Below are positions 1-15,000 of a DNA stretch of 64,000 nt, in pieces (positions within the stretch are counted from its first letter, which is position 1; each line of letters starts with the position of its first letter). The translations under genes and the position numbers were made by a program. The notes under the pieces are model-generated. The model searched no databases and was not told the DNA's origin. It saw only the letters and a program-made list of their open reading frames with translations. The stretch is taken from positions 432,698,001-432,762,000 of the forward strand of contig OZ024740.1 in NCBI GenBank assembly GCA_964016885.1, in the 5' to 3' direction. Source of the stretch: Eledone cirrhosa (taxonomy: Eukaryota).

Positions 1-3000
1 ACACACTGTAAAGTGGTCATGTAGGTGTCACAACAAACAACATCCAGTCCACACAGTAAAGTGGTAATGTAGGTGTCACACAAAAGGTACCCAGTCCACA
101 CTGTAGAGTGGTCATGTAGGGGTCACAACAAAAGGTACTCAGTACACACTGTAAAGTGGTCATGTAGGTGTCACAACAAAAGCACCAAGTACACACTGTA
201 ATGTGGTCATGTAGGTGTCACAACAAACAACACACAGTACACACTGTAAAGTGGTCATGTAGGTGTCACAACAAAAGGTACCCAGCACACACTGTAAAGT
301 GGTCATGTAGGTGTCACAACAAAAAGTACCCAGCACACACGGTAAAGTGGTCATGTAGGTCTCACAACAAAAGGTACCCAGTACACACTGTAAAGTGGTT
401 ATGTAGGTGTCACAACAAAAAGTACCCAGCACACACTGTAAAGTGGTCATGTAGGTGTCACAACAAACACCACCCAGTCAACACTGTAAAGTGGTCAGCT
501 AGGAATCACAACAAAAAGTACCCAGCACACACGGTAAAGTGGTCATGTAGGTCTCACAACAAAAGGTACCCAGGACACACTGTAAAGTGGTCATGTAGGT
601 GTCACAACAAAAAGTACCCAGCACACACTGTAAAGTGGTCATGTAGGTGTCACAACAAACACCACCCAGTCAACACTGTAAAGTGGTCATGTAGGTGTCA
701 CAACAAACAACACCCAGTACACACTGTAAAGTGGTCATGTAGGTGTCACAACAAAAAGTACCCAGTGCACTCTGTAAATTGGTCATGTAGGTGTCACAAC
801 AAAAGGTACCCATCACACACTGTAAAGTGGTTATGTAGATGTCACAACAAAAGGTACCCAGTACACACTGTAAAGTGGTCATGTAGGTGTCACAACAAAA
901 GCACCCAGTACACACTGTAAAGTGGTCATGTAGGTGTCACAACAAAAAATACCCAGTCCACACTGTAGAGTGGTCATGTAGGGGTCACAACAAAAGGTAC
1001 TCAGTACACACTGTAAAGTGGTCATGTAGGTGTCACAACAAAAGCACCAAGTACACACTGTAAAGTGGTCATGTAGGTGTCACAACAAACAACACACAGT
1101 ACACACTGTAAAGTGGTCATGTAGGTGTCACAACAAAAGGTACCCAGCACACACTGTAAAGTGGTCATGTAGGTGTCACAACAAAAAGTACCCAGCACAC
1201 ACGGTAAAGTGCTCATGTAGGTTTCACAACAAAAGGTACCCAGTACACACTGTAAAGTGGTCATGTAGGTGTCACAAGAAAAAGTACCCAGCACACACTG
1301 TAAAGTGGTCATGTAGGTGTCACAACAAACACCACCCAGTCAACACTGTAAAGTGGTCAGCTAGGAATCACAAAAAAAAGTCCCCAGCACACATGGTGAA
1401 GTGGTCATGTAGGTGTCACAACAAACAACACCCAGTACACACTGTAAAGTGGTCATGTAGGTGTCACAACAAACAATACCCAGAACACACTGTAAAGTGG
1501 TCATGCAGGTGCCACAACAAAAAATACCCAGCACACACTGTAAAGTGTTCATGTAGGAGTCACAACGAACAACACCCAGTACACACTGTAAAGTGGTCAA
1601 GTAGGTGTCACAACAAAAGTTACGCAGTACACACTGTAAAGTGGTCATGTAGGTGTCACAACAAACAACATCCAGTCCACACTGTAAAGTGGTAATGTAG
1701 GTGTCACACAAAAGGTACCCAGTCCACACTGTAAAGTGGTCATGTAGGTGTCACAACAAAGGGTACCCAGTACACACTGTAAAGTGGTCATGTAGGTGTC
1801 AAAATAAAAAGTACTCAGAACAGTGTAAAGTGGTCATGTAGGTGTCACAACAAAAAATACCAAGTCCACACTGTAGAGTGGTCATGCAGGGGTCACAACA
1901 AAAGGTACTCAGCACACACTGTAAAGTGGTCATGTAGGTGTCACAACAAAAGGTACCCAGCACACACTGTAAAGTGGTTATGTAGATGTCACAACAAAAG
2001 GTACCCGGTACACACTGTAAGGTGGTCATGTAGGTGTCACAACAAAAAGTACCCAGCACACACTGTAAAGTGGTCATGTAGGTGTCAAAACAAAAAGTAC
2101 CCAGCACACACTGTAAAGTGGTCATGTAGGTGTCACAACAAAAAGTACCCAGTGCACTCTGTAAATTGGTCATGTAGGTGACACAACAAAAGGTACCCAG
2201 CACACACTGTAAAGTGGTTATGTAGATGTCACAACAAAAGGTACCCAGTACACACTGTAAAGTGGTCATGTAGGTGTCACAACAAAAGCACCCAGTACAC
2301 ACTGTATAGTGGTCATCTAGGGGTCACAACAAAAGGTACTCAGCACACACTGTAAAGTGGTCATGTAGATGTCACAACAAAAGGTACCCAGTACACACTG
2401 TAAAGTGGTCATGTAGGTGTCACAACAAAAGGAACCCAGCACACACTGTAAAGTGGTTATGTAGATGTCACAACAAAAGGTACCCAGTACACACTGTAAA
2501 GTGGTCAAGTAGGTGTCACAACAAAAACACCCAGTTCACACTGTAAAGTGGTCATGTGGGTGTCACAACAAACAACACCCAGTACACACTGTAAAGTGGT
2601 CAGGTAGGTGTCACAACAAAAGGTACCCAGCACACACTGTAAAGTGGTCATGTAGGTGTCACAACAAAAAGTACCCAGCACACACGGTAAAGTGGTCATG
2701 TAGGTGTCACAACAAAAAGTACCCAGTACACACGGTAAAGTGGTCATGTAGGTGTCACAACAAAAAGTACCCAGCACACACTGTAAAGTGGTCATGAAGG
2801 TGTCACAACAAACAATACCAAGAACACACTGTAAAGTGGTCATGCAGGTGTCACAACAAAAAATACCCAGCACACACTGTAAAGTGTTCATGTAGGAGTC
2901 ACAACAAACAACACCCAGTACACACTGTAAAGTGGTCAAGTAGGTGTCACAACAAAAGGTACGCAGTACACATTGTAAAGTGGTCATGTAGGTGTCACAA

Positions 3001-6000
3001 CAAAAAGTACTCAGCACACTGTAAATTGGTCATGTAGGTGTCACAACAAAAAGTACCCAGCACACACGGTAAAGTGGTCATGTAGGTCTCACAACAAAAG
3101 GTTCCCAGTACACGTTGTAAAGTGGTCATGTAGGTGTCACAACAAAAAGTACTCAGCACACTGTAAAGTGGTCATGTAGGTGTCACAACAGAAAATACCA
3201 AGTCCACACTGTAGAGTGATCATGTAGGGGTCACAACAAAAGGTATTCAGCACACACTGTAAAGTGGTCATGTAGGTGTCACAACAAAAGGTACCCAGCA
3301 CACACTGTAAAGTGGTCATGTAGGTGTCAAAACAAAAAGTACCCAGCACACACTGTAAAGTGGTCATGTAGGTGTCACAACAAAAAGTACCCAGTGCACT
3401 CTGTAAATTGGTCATGTAGGTGTCACAACAAAAGGTACTCAGTACACACTGTAAAGTGGTCATGTAGGTGTCACAACAAACAACATCCAGTCCACACAGT
3501 AAAGTGGTAATGTAGGTGTCACACAAAAGGTACCCAGTCCACACTGTAGAGTGGTCATGTAGGGGTCACAACAAAAGGTACTCAGTACACACTGTAAAGT
3601 GGTCATGTAGGTGTCACAACAAAAGCACCAAGTACACACTGTAATGTGGTCATGTAGGTGTCACAACAAACAACACACAGTACACACTGTAAAGTGGTCA
3701 TGTAGGTGTCACAACAAAAGGTACCCAGCACACACTGTAAAGTGGTCATGTAGGTGTCACAACAAAAAGTACCCAGCACACACGGTAAAGTGGTCATGTA
3801 GGTCTCACAACAAAAGGTACCCAGTACACACTGTAAAGTGGTTATGTAGGTGTCACAACAAAAAGTACCCAGCACACACTGTAAAGTGGTCATGTAGGTG
3901 TCACAACAAACACCACCCAGTCAACACTGTAAAGTGGTCAGCTAGGAATCACAACAAAAAGTACCCAGCACACACGGTAAAGTGGTCATGTAGGTGTCAC
4001 AACAAAAACACCCAGTTCACACTGTAAAGTGGTCATGTGGGTGTCACAACAAACAACACCCAGTACACACTGTAAAGTGGTCAGGTAGGTGTCACAACAA
4101 AAGGTACCCAGCACACACTGTAAAGTGGTCATGTAGGTGTCACAACAAAAAGTACCCAGCACACACGGTAAAGTGGTCATGTAGGTGTCACAACAAAAAG
4201 TACCCAGTACACACGGTAAAGTGGTCATGTAGGTGTCACAACAAAAAGTACCCAGCACACACTGTAAAGTGGTCATGAAGGTGTCACAACAAACAATACC
4301 AAGAACACACTGTAAAGTGGTCATGCAGGTGTCACAACAAAAAATACCCAGCACACACTGTAAAGTGTTCATGTAGGAGTCACAACAAACAACACCCAGT
4401 ACACACTGTAAAGTGGTCAAGTAGGTGTCACAACAAAAGGTACGCAGTACACATTGTAAAGTGGTCATGTAGGTGTCACAACAAAAAGTACTCAGCACAC
4501 TGTAAATTGGTCATGTAGGTGTCACAACAAAAAGTACCCAGCACACACGGTAAAGTGGTCATGTAGGTCTCACAACAAAAGGTTCCCAGTACACGTTGTA
4601 AAGTGGTCATGTAGGTGTCACAACAAAAAGTACTCAGCACACTGTAAAGTGGTCATGTAGGTGTCACAACAGAAAATACCAAGTCCACACTGTAGAGTGA
4701 TCATGTAGGGGTCACAACAAAAGGTATTCAGCACACACTGTAAAGTGGTCATGTAGATGTCACAACAAAAGGTACCCAGCACACACTGTAATGTGGTCAT
4801 GTAGGTGTCACAACAAACAACATCCAGTCCACACAGTAAAGTGGTAATGTAGGTGTCACACAAAAGGTACCCAGTCCACACTGTAGAGTGGTCATGTAGG
4901 GGTCACAACAAAAGGTACTCAGTACACACTGTAAAGTGGTCATGTAGGTGTCACAACAAAAGCACCAAGTACACACTGTAATGTGGTCATGTAGGTGTCA
5001 CAACAAACAACACACAGTACACACTGTAAAGTGGTCATGTAGGTGTCACAACAAAAGGTACCCAGCACACACTGTAAAGTGGTCATGTAGGTGTCACAAC
5101 AAAAAGTACCCAGCACACACGGTAAAGTGGTCATGTAGGTCTCACAACAAAAGGTACCCAGTACACACTGTAAAGTGCTTATGTAGGTGTCACAACAAAA
5201 AGTACCCAGCACACACTGTAAAGTGGTCATGTAGGTGTCACAACAAACACCACCCAGTCAACACTGTAAAGTGGTCAGCTAGGAATCACAACAAAAAGTA
5301 CCCAGCACACACGGTAAAGTGGTCATGTAGGTCTCACAACAAAAGGTACCCAGTACACACTGTAAAGTGGTCATGTAGGTGTCACAACAAAAAGTACCCA
5401 GCACACACTGTAAAGTGGTCATGTAGGTGTCACAACAAACACCACCCAGTCAACACTGTAAAGTGGTCATGTAGGTGTCACAACAAACAACACCCAGTAC
5501 ACACTGTAAAGTGGTCATGTAGGTGTCACAACAAAAAGTACCCAGTGCACTCTGTAAATTGGTCATGTAGGTGTCACAACAAAAGGTACCCATCACACAC
5601 TGTAAAGTGGTTATGTAGATGTCACAACAAAAGGTACCCAGTACACACTGTAAAGTGGTCATGTAGGTGTCACAACAAAAGCACCCAGTACACACTGTAA
5701 AGTGGTCATGTAGGTGTCACAACAAAAAATACCCAGTCCACACTGTAGAGTGGTCATGTAGGGGTCACAACAAAAGGTACTCAGTACACACTGTAAAGTG
5801 GTCATGTAGGTGTCACAACAAAAGCACCAAGTACACACTGTAAAGTGGTCATGTAGGTGTCACAACAAACAACACACAGTACACACTGTAAAGTGGTCAT
5901 GTAGGTGTCACAACAAAAGGTACCCAGCACACACTGTAAAGTGGTCATGTAGGTGTCACAACAAAAAGTACCCAGCACACACGGTAAAGTGCTCATGTAG

Positions 6001-9000
6001 GTTTCACAACAAAAGGTACCCAGTACACACTGTAAAGTGGTCATGTAGGTGTCACAAGAAAAAGTACCCAGCACACACTGTAAAGTGGTCATGTAGGTGT
6101 CACAACAAACACCACCCAGTCAACACTGTAAAGTGGTCAGCTAGGAATCACAAAAAAAAGTCCCCAGCACACATGGTGAAGTGGTCATGTAGGTGTCACA
6201 ACAAACAACACCCAGTACACACTGTAAAGTGGTCATGTAGGTGTCACAACAAACAATACCCAGAACACACTGTAAAGTGGTCATGCAGGTGCCACAACAA
6301 AAAATACCCAGCACACACTGTAAAGTGTTCATGTAGGAGTCACAACGAACAACACCCAGTACACACTGTAAAGTGGTCAAGTAGGTGTCACAACAAAAGT
6401 TACGCAGTACACACTGTAAAGTGGTCATGTAGGTGTCACAACAAACAACATCCAGTCCACACTGTAAAGTGGTAATGTAGGTGTCACACAAAAGGTACCC
6501 AGTCCACACTGTAAAGTGGTCATGTAGGTGTCACAACAAAGGGTACCCAGTACACACTGTAAAGTGGTCATGTAGGTGTCAAAATAAAAAGTACTCAGAA
6601 CAGTGTAAAGTGGTCATGTAGGTGTCACAACAAAAAATACCAAGTCCACACTGTAGAGTGGTCATGCAGGGGTCACAACAAAAGGTACTCAGCACACACT
6701 GTAAAGTGGTCATGTAGGTGTCACAACAAAAGGTACCCAGCACACACTGTAAAGTGGTTATGTAGATGTCACAACAAAAGGTACCCGGTACACACTGTAA
6801 GGTGGTCATGTAGGTGTCACAACAAAAAGTACCCAGCACACACTGTAAAGTGGTCATGTAGGTGTCAAAACAAAAAGTACCCAGCACACACTGTAAAGTG
6901 GTCATGTAGGTGTCACAACAAAAAGTACCCAGTGCACTCTGTAAATTGGTCATGTAGGTGACACAACAAAAGGTACCCAGCACACACTGTAAAGTGGTTA
7001 TGTAGATGTCACAACAAAAGGTACCCAGTACACACTGTAAAGTGGTCATGTAGGTGTCACAACAAAAGCACCCAGTACACACTGTATAGTGGTCATGTAG
7101 GTGTCAAAACAAAAAGTACGCAGTCCACACTGTAGAGTGGTCATCTAGGGGTCACAAGAAAAGGTACTCAGCACACACTGTAAAGTGGTCATGTAGGTGT
7201 CACAACAAAAATTACCCAGCACACACGGTAAAGTGGTCATGTAGGTGTCACAACAAAAGGTACCCAGTCCACACTGTAAAGTGGTCATGTAGGTGTCACA
7301 ACAAAAAGTACCAAGCACACACTGTAAAGTGGTCATGTAGGTGTCACAACAAACACCACCCAGTCAACACTGTAAAGTGGTCAGCTAGGAATCACAACAA
7401 AAAGTCCCCAGCACACACGGTGAAGTGGTCATGTAGGTGTCACAACAAACAACACCCAGTACACACTGTAAAGTGGTTATGTAGGTGTCACAACAAACAA
7501 TACCCAGAACACACTGTAAAGTGGTCATGCAGGAATCACAACAAAAAATACCCAGCACACACTGTAAAGTGTTCATGTAGGAGTCACAACAAACAACACC
7601 CAGTACACACTGTAAAGTGATCAAGTAGGTGTCACAACAAAAGGTACGCAGTACACACTGTAAAGTGGTCATGTAGGTGTCACAACAAAAAGTACCCAGA
7701 ACACACTAAAGTGGTCATGTAGGTGTCACAACAAAAAGTACCCAGAACACACTAAAGTGGTCATGTAGGTGTCACAACAAAAGGTACCCAGTACACACTG
7801 TAAAGTGGTCATGTAGGTGTCACAACAAAAGGTACCCAGCACACTCTGTAAAGTGGTTATGTAGATGTCACAACAAAAGGTACCCAGTACACACTGTAAA
7901 GTGGTCATGTAGGTGTCACAACAAAAGCATCCAGTACACACTGTAAAGTGGTCATGTAGGTGTCACAACAAACAACACCCAGTACACACTGTAAAGTGGT
8001 CAGGTAGGTGTCACAACAAAAGGCACCCAGCACACACTGTAAAGTGGTCATGTAGGTGTCACAACAAAAAGTACCCAGCACACACTGTAAAGTGGTCATG
8101 TAGGTGTCACAACAAAAGGTACCCAGTACACACTGTAAAGTGGTCATGTAGGTGTCACAACAAAAAGTACCCAGCACACACTATAAAGTGGTCATGTAGG
8201 TGTCACAAGAAACACCACCCAGTCAACACTGTAAAGTGGTCAGGTAGGAATCACAACAACAAGTCCCCAGCACACACGGTGAAGTGGTCATGTAGGTGTC
8301 ACAACAAAAAATACCCAGCACACACTGTAAAGTGTTCATGTAGGAGTCACAACAAACAACACCCAGTACACACTGTAAAGTGGTCATGTAGGTGTCACAA
8401 CAAAAGGTACCCAGCACACACTGTAAAGTGGTTATGTAGATGTCACAACAAAAGGTACCCAGTACACACTGTAAAGTGGTCAAGTAGGTGTCACAACAAA
8501 AACACCCAGTACACACTGTAAAGTGGTCATGTGGGTGTCACAACAAACAACACCCAGTACACACTGTAAAGTGGTCAGGTAGGTGTCACAACAAAAGGTA
8601 CCCAGCACACACTGTAAAGTGGTCATGTAGGTGTCAAAACAAAAAGTACCCAGCACACACTGTAAAGTGGTAATGTAGGTGTCACACAAAAGGTACCCAG
8701 TCCACACTGTAGAGTGGTCATGTAGGAGTCACAACAAAAGGTACTCAGTACACACTGTAAAGTGGTCATGTAGGTGTCACAACAAAAGCACCAAGTACAC
8801 ACTGTAATGTGGTCATGTAGGTGTCACAACAAACAACACACAGTCCACACTGTAGAGTGGTCATGTAGGGGTCACAACAAAAGGTACTCAGTACACACTG
8901 TAAAGTGGTCATGTAGGTGTCACAACAAAAGCACCAAGTACACACTGTAATGTGGTCATGTAGGTCTCACAACAAAAGGTACCCAGTACACACTGTAAAG

Positions 9001-12000
9001 TGGTCATGTAGGTGTCACAACAAAAAGTACCCAGCACACACTGTAAAGTGGTCATGTAGGTGTCACAACAAACACCACCCAGTCAACACTGTAAAGTGGT
9101 CATGTAGGTGTCACAACAAACAACACCCAGTACACACTGTAAAGTGGTCATGTAGGTGTCACAACAAAAAGTACCCAGTGCACTCTGTAAATTGGTCATG
9201 TAGGTGTCACAACAAAAGGTACCCATCACACACTGTAAAGTGGTTATGTAGATGTCACAACAAAAGGTACCCAGTACACACTGTAAAGTGGTCATGTAGG
9301 TGTCACAACAAAAGCACCCAGTACACACTGTAAAGTGGTCATGTAGGTGTCACAACAAAAAATACCCAGTCCACACTGTAGAGTGGTCATGTAGGGGTCA
9401 CAACAAAAGGTACTCAGTACACACTGTAAAGTGGTCATGTAGGTGTCACAACAAAAGCACCAAGTACACACTGTAAAGTGGTCATGTAGGTGTCACAACA
9501 AACAACACACAGTACACACTGTAAAGTGGTCATGTAGGTGTCACAACAAAAGGTACCCAGCACACACTGTAAAGTGGTCATGTAGGTGTCACAACAAAAA
9601 GTACCCAGCACACACGGTAAAGTGCTCATGTAGGTTTCACAACAAAAGGTACCCAGTACACACTGTAAAGTGGTCATGTAGGTGTCACAAGAAAAAGTAC
9701 CCAGCACACACTGTAAAGTGGTCATGTAGGTGTCACAACAAACACCACCCAGTCAACACTGTAAAGTGGTCAGCTAGGAATCACAAAAAAAAGTCCCCAG
9801 CACACATGGTGAAGTGGTCATGTAGGTGTCACAACAAACAACACCCAGTACACACTGTAAAGTGGTCATGTAGGTGTCACAACAAACAATACCCAGAACA
9901 CACTGTAAAGTGGTCATGCAGGTGCCACAACAAAAAATACCCAGCACACACTGTAAAGTGTTCATGTAGGAGTCACAACGAACAACACCCAGTACACACT
10001 GTAAAGTGGTCAAGTAGGTGTCACAACAAAAGTTACGCAGTACACACTGTAAAGTGGTCATGTAGGTGTCACAACAAACAACATCCAGTCCACACTGTAA
10101 AGTGGTAATGTAGGTGTCACACAAAAGGTACCCAGTCCACACTGTAAAGTGGTCATGTAGGTGTCACAACAAAGGGTACCCAGTACACACTGTAAAGTGG
10201 TCATGTAGGTGTCAAAATAAAAAGTACTCAGAACAGTGTAAAGTGGTCATGTAGGTGTCACAACAAAAAATACCAAGTCCACACTGTAGAGTGGTCACGC
10301 AGGGGTCACAACAAAAGGTACTCAGCACACACTGTAAAGTGGTCATGTAGGTGTCACAACAAAAGGTACCCAGCACACACTGTAAAGTGGTTATGTAGAT
10401 GTCACAACAAAAGGTACCCGGTACACACTGTAAGGTGGTCATGTAGGTGTCACAACAAAAAGTACCCAGCACACACTGTAAAGTGGTCATGTAGGTGTCA
10501 AAACAAAAAGTACCCAGCACACACTGTAAAGTGGTCATGTAGGTGTCACAACAAAAAGTACCCAGTGCACTCTGTAAATTGGTCATGTAGGTGACACAAC
10601 AAAAGGTACCCAGCACACACTGTAAAGTGGTTATGTAGATGTCACAACAAAAGGTACCCAGTACACACTGTAAAGTGGTCATGTAGGTGTCACAACAAAA
10701 GCACCCAGTACACACTGTATAGTGGTCATGTAGGTGTCACAACAAAAAGTACGCAGTCCACACTGTAGAGTGGTCATCTAGGGGTCACAAGAAAAGGTAC
10801 TCAGCACACACTGTAAAGTGGTCATGTAGGTGTCACAACAAAAATTACCCAGCACACACGGTAAAGTGGTCATGTAGGTGTCACAACAAAAGGTACCCAG
10901 TCCACACTGTAAAGTGGTCATGTAGGTGTCACAACAAAAAGTACCAAGCACACACTGTAAAGTGGTCATGTAGGTGTCACAACAAACACCACCCAGTCAA
11001 CACTGTAAAGTGGTCAGCTAGGAATCACAACAAAAAGTCCCCAGCACACACGGTGAAGTGGTCATGTAGGTGTCACAACAAACAACACCCAGTACACACT
11101 GTAAAGTGGTTATGTAGGTGTCACAACAAACAATACCCAGAACACACTGTAAAGTGGTCATGCAGGAATCACAACAAAAAATACCCAGCACACACTGTAA
11201 AGTGTTCATGTAGGAGTCACAACAAACAACACCCAGTACACACTGTAAAGTGGTCAAGTAGGTGTCACAACAAAAGGTACGCAGTACACACTGTAAAGTG
11301 GTCATGTAGGTGTCACAACAAAAAGTACCCAGAACACACTAAAGTGGTCATGTAGGTGTCACAACAAAAAGTACCCAGAACACACTAAAGTGGTCATGTA
11401 GGTGTCACAACAAAAGGTACCCAGTACACACTGTAAAGTGGTCATGTAGGTGTCACAACAAAAGGTACCCAGCACACTCTGTAAAGTGGTTATGTAGATG
11501 TCACAACAAAAGGTACCCAGTACACACTGTAAAGTGGTCATGTAGGTGTCACAACAAAAGCATCCAGTATACACTGTAAAGTGGTCATGTAGGTGTCACA
11601 ACAAACAACACCCAGTACACACTGTAAAGTGGTCAGGTAGGTGTCACAACAAAAGGCACCCAGCACACACTGTAAAGTGGTCATGTAGGTGTCACAACAA
11701 AAAGTACCCAGCACACACTGTAAAGTGGTCATGTAGGTGTCACAACAAAAGGTACCCGGTACACACTGTAAAGTGGTCATGTAGGTGTCACAACAAAAAG
11801 TACCCAGCACACACTATAAAGTGGTCATGTAGGTGTCACAAGAAACACCACCCAGTCAACACTGTAAAGTGGTCAGGTAGGAATCACAACAACAAGTCCC
11901 CAGCACACACGGTGAAGTGGTCATGTAGGTGTCACAACAAAAAATACCCAGCACACACTGTAAAGTGTTCATGTAGGAGTCACAACAAACAACACCCAGT

Positions 12001-15000
12001 ACACACTGTAAAGTGGTCATGTAGGTGTCACAACAAAAGGTACCCAGCACACACTGTAAAGTGGTTATGTAGATGTCACAACAAAAGGTACCCAGTACAC
12101 ACTGTAAAGTGGTCAAGTAGGTGTCACAACAAAAACACCCAGTACACACTGTAAAGTGGTCATGTGGGTGTCACAACAAACAACACCCAGTACACACTGT
12201 AAAGTGGTCAGGTAGGTGTCACAACAAAAGGTACCCAGCACACACTGTAAAGTGGTCATGTAGGTGTCAAAACAAAAAGTACCCAGCACACACTGTAAAG
12301 TGGTCATGTAGGTGTCACAACAAAAAGTACCCAGTGCACTCTGTAAATTGGTCATGTAGGTGTCACAACAAAAGGTACCCAGCACACACTGTAAAGTGGT
12401 TATGTAGATGTCAAAAAAAAGGTACCCAGTACACACTGTAAAGTGGTCATGTAGGTGTCACAACAAAAGCACCCAGTACACACTGTAAAGTGGTCATGTA
12501 GGTGTCACAACAAACAACACCCAGTACACACTGTAAAGTGGTCAGGTAGGTGTCACAACAAAAGGTACCCAGCACACACTGTAAAGTGGTCATGTAGGTG
12601 TCACAACAAAAAGTACCCAGCACACACGGTAAAGTGGTCATGTAGGTGTCACAACAAAAATTACCCAGTACACACGGTAAAGTGGTCATGTAGGTGTCAC
12701 AACAAAAAGTACCCAGCACACACTATAAAGTGGTCATGAAGGTGTCACAACAAACAATACCAAGAACACACTGTAAAGTGGTCATGCAGGTGTCACAACA
12801 AAAAATACCCAGCACACACTGTAAAGTGTTCATGTAGGAGTCACAACAAACAACACCCAGTACACACTGTAAATTGGTCATGTAGGTGTCACAACAAAAA
12901 GTACCCAGTCCACACTGTAAAGTGGTCAAGTAGGTGTCACAAGAAACACCACCCAGTCAACACTGTAAAAAGGTCAGGTAGGAATCAAAACAAAATGTCC
13001 CCAGCACACACGGTGAAGTGGTTATGTAGGTGTCACAACAAACAACACCCAGTACACACTGTAAAGTGGTCATGTAAGTGTCACAACAAACAACACCCAG
13101 AACACACTGTAAAGTGGTCATGCAGGTGTCAGTACAAAAAATACCCAGTACACACTGTAAAGTCTTCATGTAGGAGTCACAACAAACAATACCCAGTACA
13201 CACTGTAAAGTGGTCATGTAGGTGTCACAACAAAAGGTACCTAGCACACACTGTAAAGTGGTCATGTAGGTGTCAAAACAAAAAGTAACCAGCACACACT
13301 GTAAAGTGGTCATGTAAGTGTCACAACAAAAGGTACCCAGCACACACTGTAAAGTGGTCATGTAGCTGTCACAACAAAAGGTACCTAGCACACACTGTAA
13401 AGTGGTCATGTAGGTGTCAAAACAAGAAGTAACCAGCACACACTGTAAAGTGGTCATGTAGGTGTCACAACAAAAGGTACCCAGCACACACTGTAAAGTG
13501 GTTATGTAGATGTCTCAACAAAAGGTACCCGGTACACACTGTAAAGTGGTCATGTAGGTGTCACAACAAAAAATACCAAGTCCACACTGTAGAGTGGTCA
13601 TGTAGGTGTCAAAACAAAAAGTACCCAGCACACACTGTAAAGTGGTCATGTAGGTGTCACAACAAAAGGTACCCAGCACACACTGTAAAGTGGTTATGTA
13701 GATGTCACAACAAAAGGTACCCGGTACACACTGTAAAGTGGTCATGTAGGTGTCACAACAAAAAGTACCCAGCACACACTGTAAAGTGGTCATGTAGGTG
13801 TCAAAACAAAAAGTACCCAGCACACACTGTAAAGTGGTCATGTATGTGTCACAACAAAAAGTACCCAGTGCACTCTGTAAATTGGTCATGTAGGTGACAC
13901 AACAAAAGGTACCCAGCACACACTGTAAAGTGGTTATGTAGATGTCACAACAAAAGGTACCCAGTACACACTATAAAGTGGTCATGTAGGTGTCACAACA
14001 AAAGCACCCAGTACACACTGTATAGTGGTCATGTAGGTGTCACAACAAAAAGTACCCAGTCCACACTGTAGAGTGGTCATCTAGGGGTCACAAGAAAAGG
14101 TACTCAGCACACACTGTAAAGTGGTCATGTAGGTGTCACAACAAAAATTACCCAGCACACACGGTAAAGTGGTCATGTAGGTGTCACAACAAAAGGTACC
14201 CAGTCCACACTGTAAAGTGGTCATGTAGGTCTTACAACAAAAAGTACCCAGCACACACTGTAAAGTGGTCATGTAGGTGTCACAACAAACACCACCCAGT
14301 CAACACTGTAAAGTGGTCAGCTAGGAATCACTACAAAAAGTCCCCAGCACACACGGTGAAGTGGTCATGTAGGTGTCACAACAAACAACACCCAGTACAC
14401 ACTGTAAAGTGGTTATGTAGGTGTCACAACAAACAATACCCAGAACACACTGTAAAGTGGTCATGCAGGAATCACAACAAAAAATACCCAGCACACACTG
14501 TAAAGTGTTCATGTAGGAGTCACAACAAACAACACCCAGTACACACTGTAAAGTGGTCAAGTAGGTGTCACGACAAAAGGTACGCAGTACACACTGTAAA
14601 GTGATCATGTAGGTGTCACAACAAAAAGTACTCAGCACATTGTAATGTGGTCATGTAGGTGTCACAACAAAAAGTACCCAGTCCACACTATAGAGTGGTC
14701 ATCTAGGGGTCACAACAAAAGGTACTCAGCACACACTGTAAAGTGGTCATGTAGATGTCACAACAAAAGGTACCCAGTACACACTGTAAAGTGGTCATGT
14801 AGGTGTCACAACAAAAGGTACCCAGCACACTCTGTAAAGTGGTTATGTAGATGTCACAACAAAAGGTACCCAGTACACACTGTAAAGTGGTCATGTAGGT
14901 GTCACAACAAAAGCATCCAGTACACACTGTAAAGTGGTCATGTAGGTGTCACAACAAACAACACCCAGTACACACTGTAAAGTGGTCAGGTAGGTGTCAC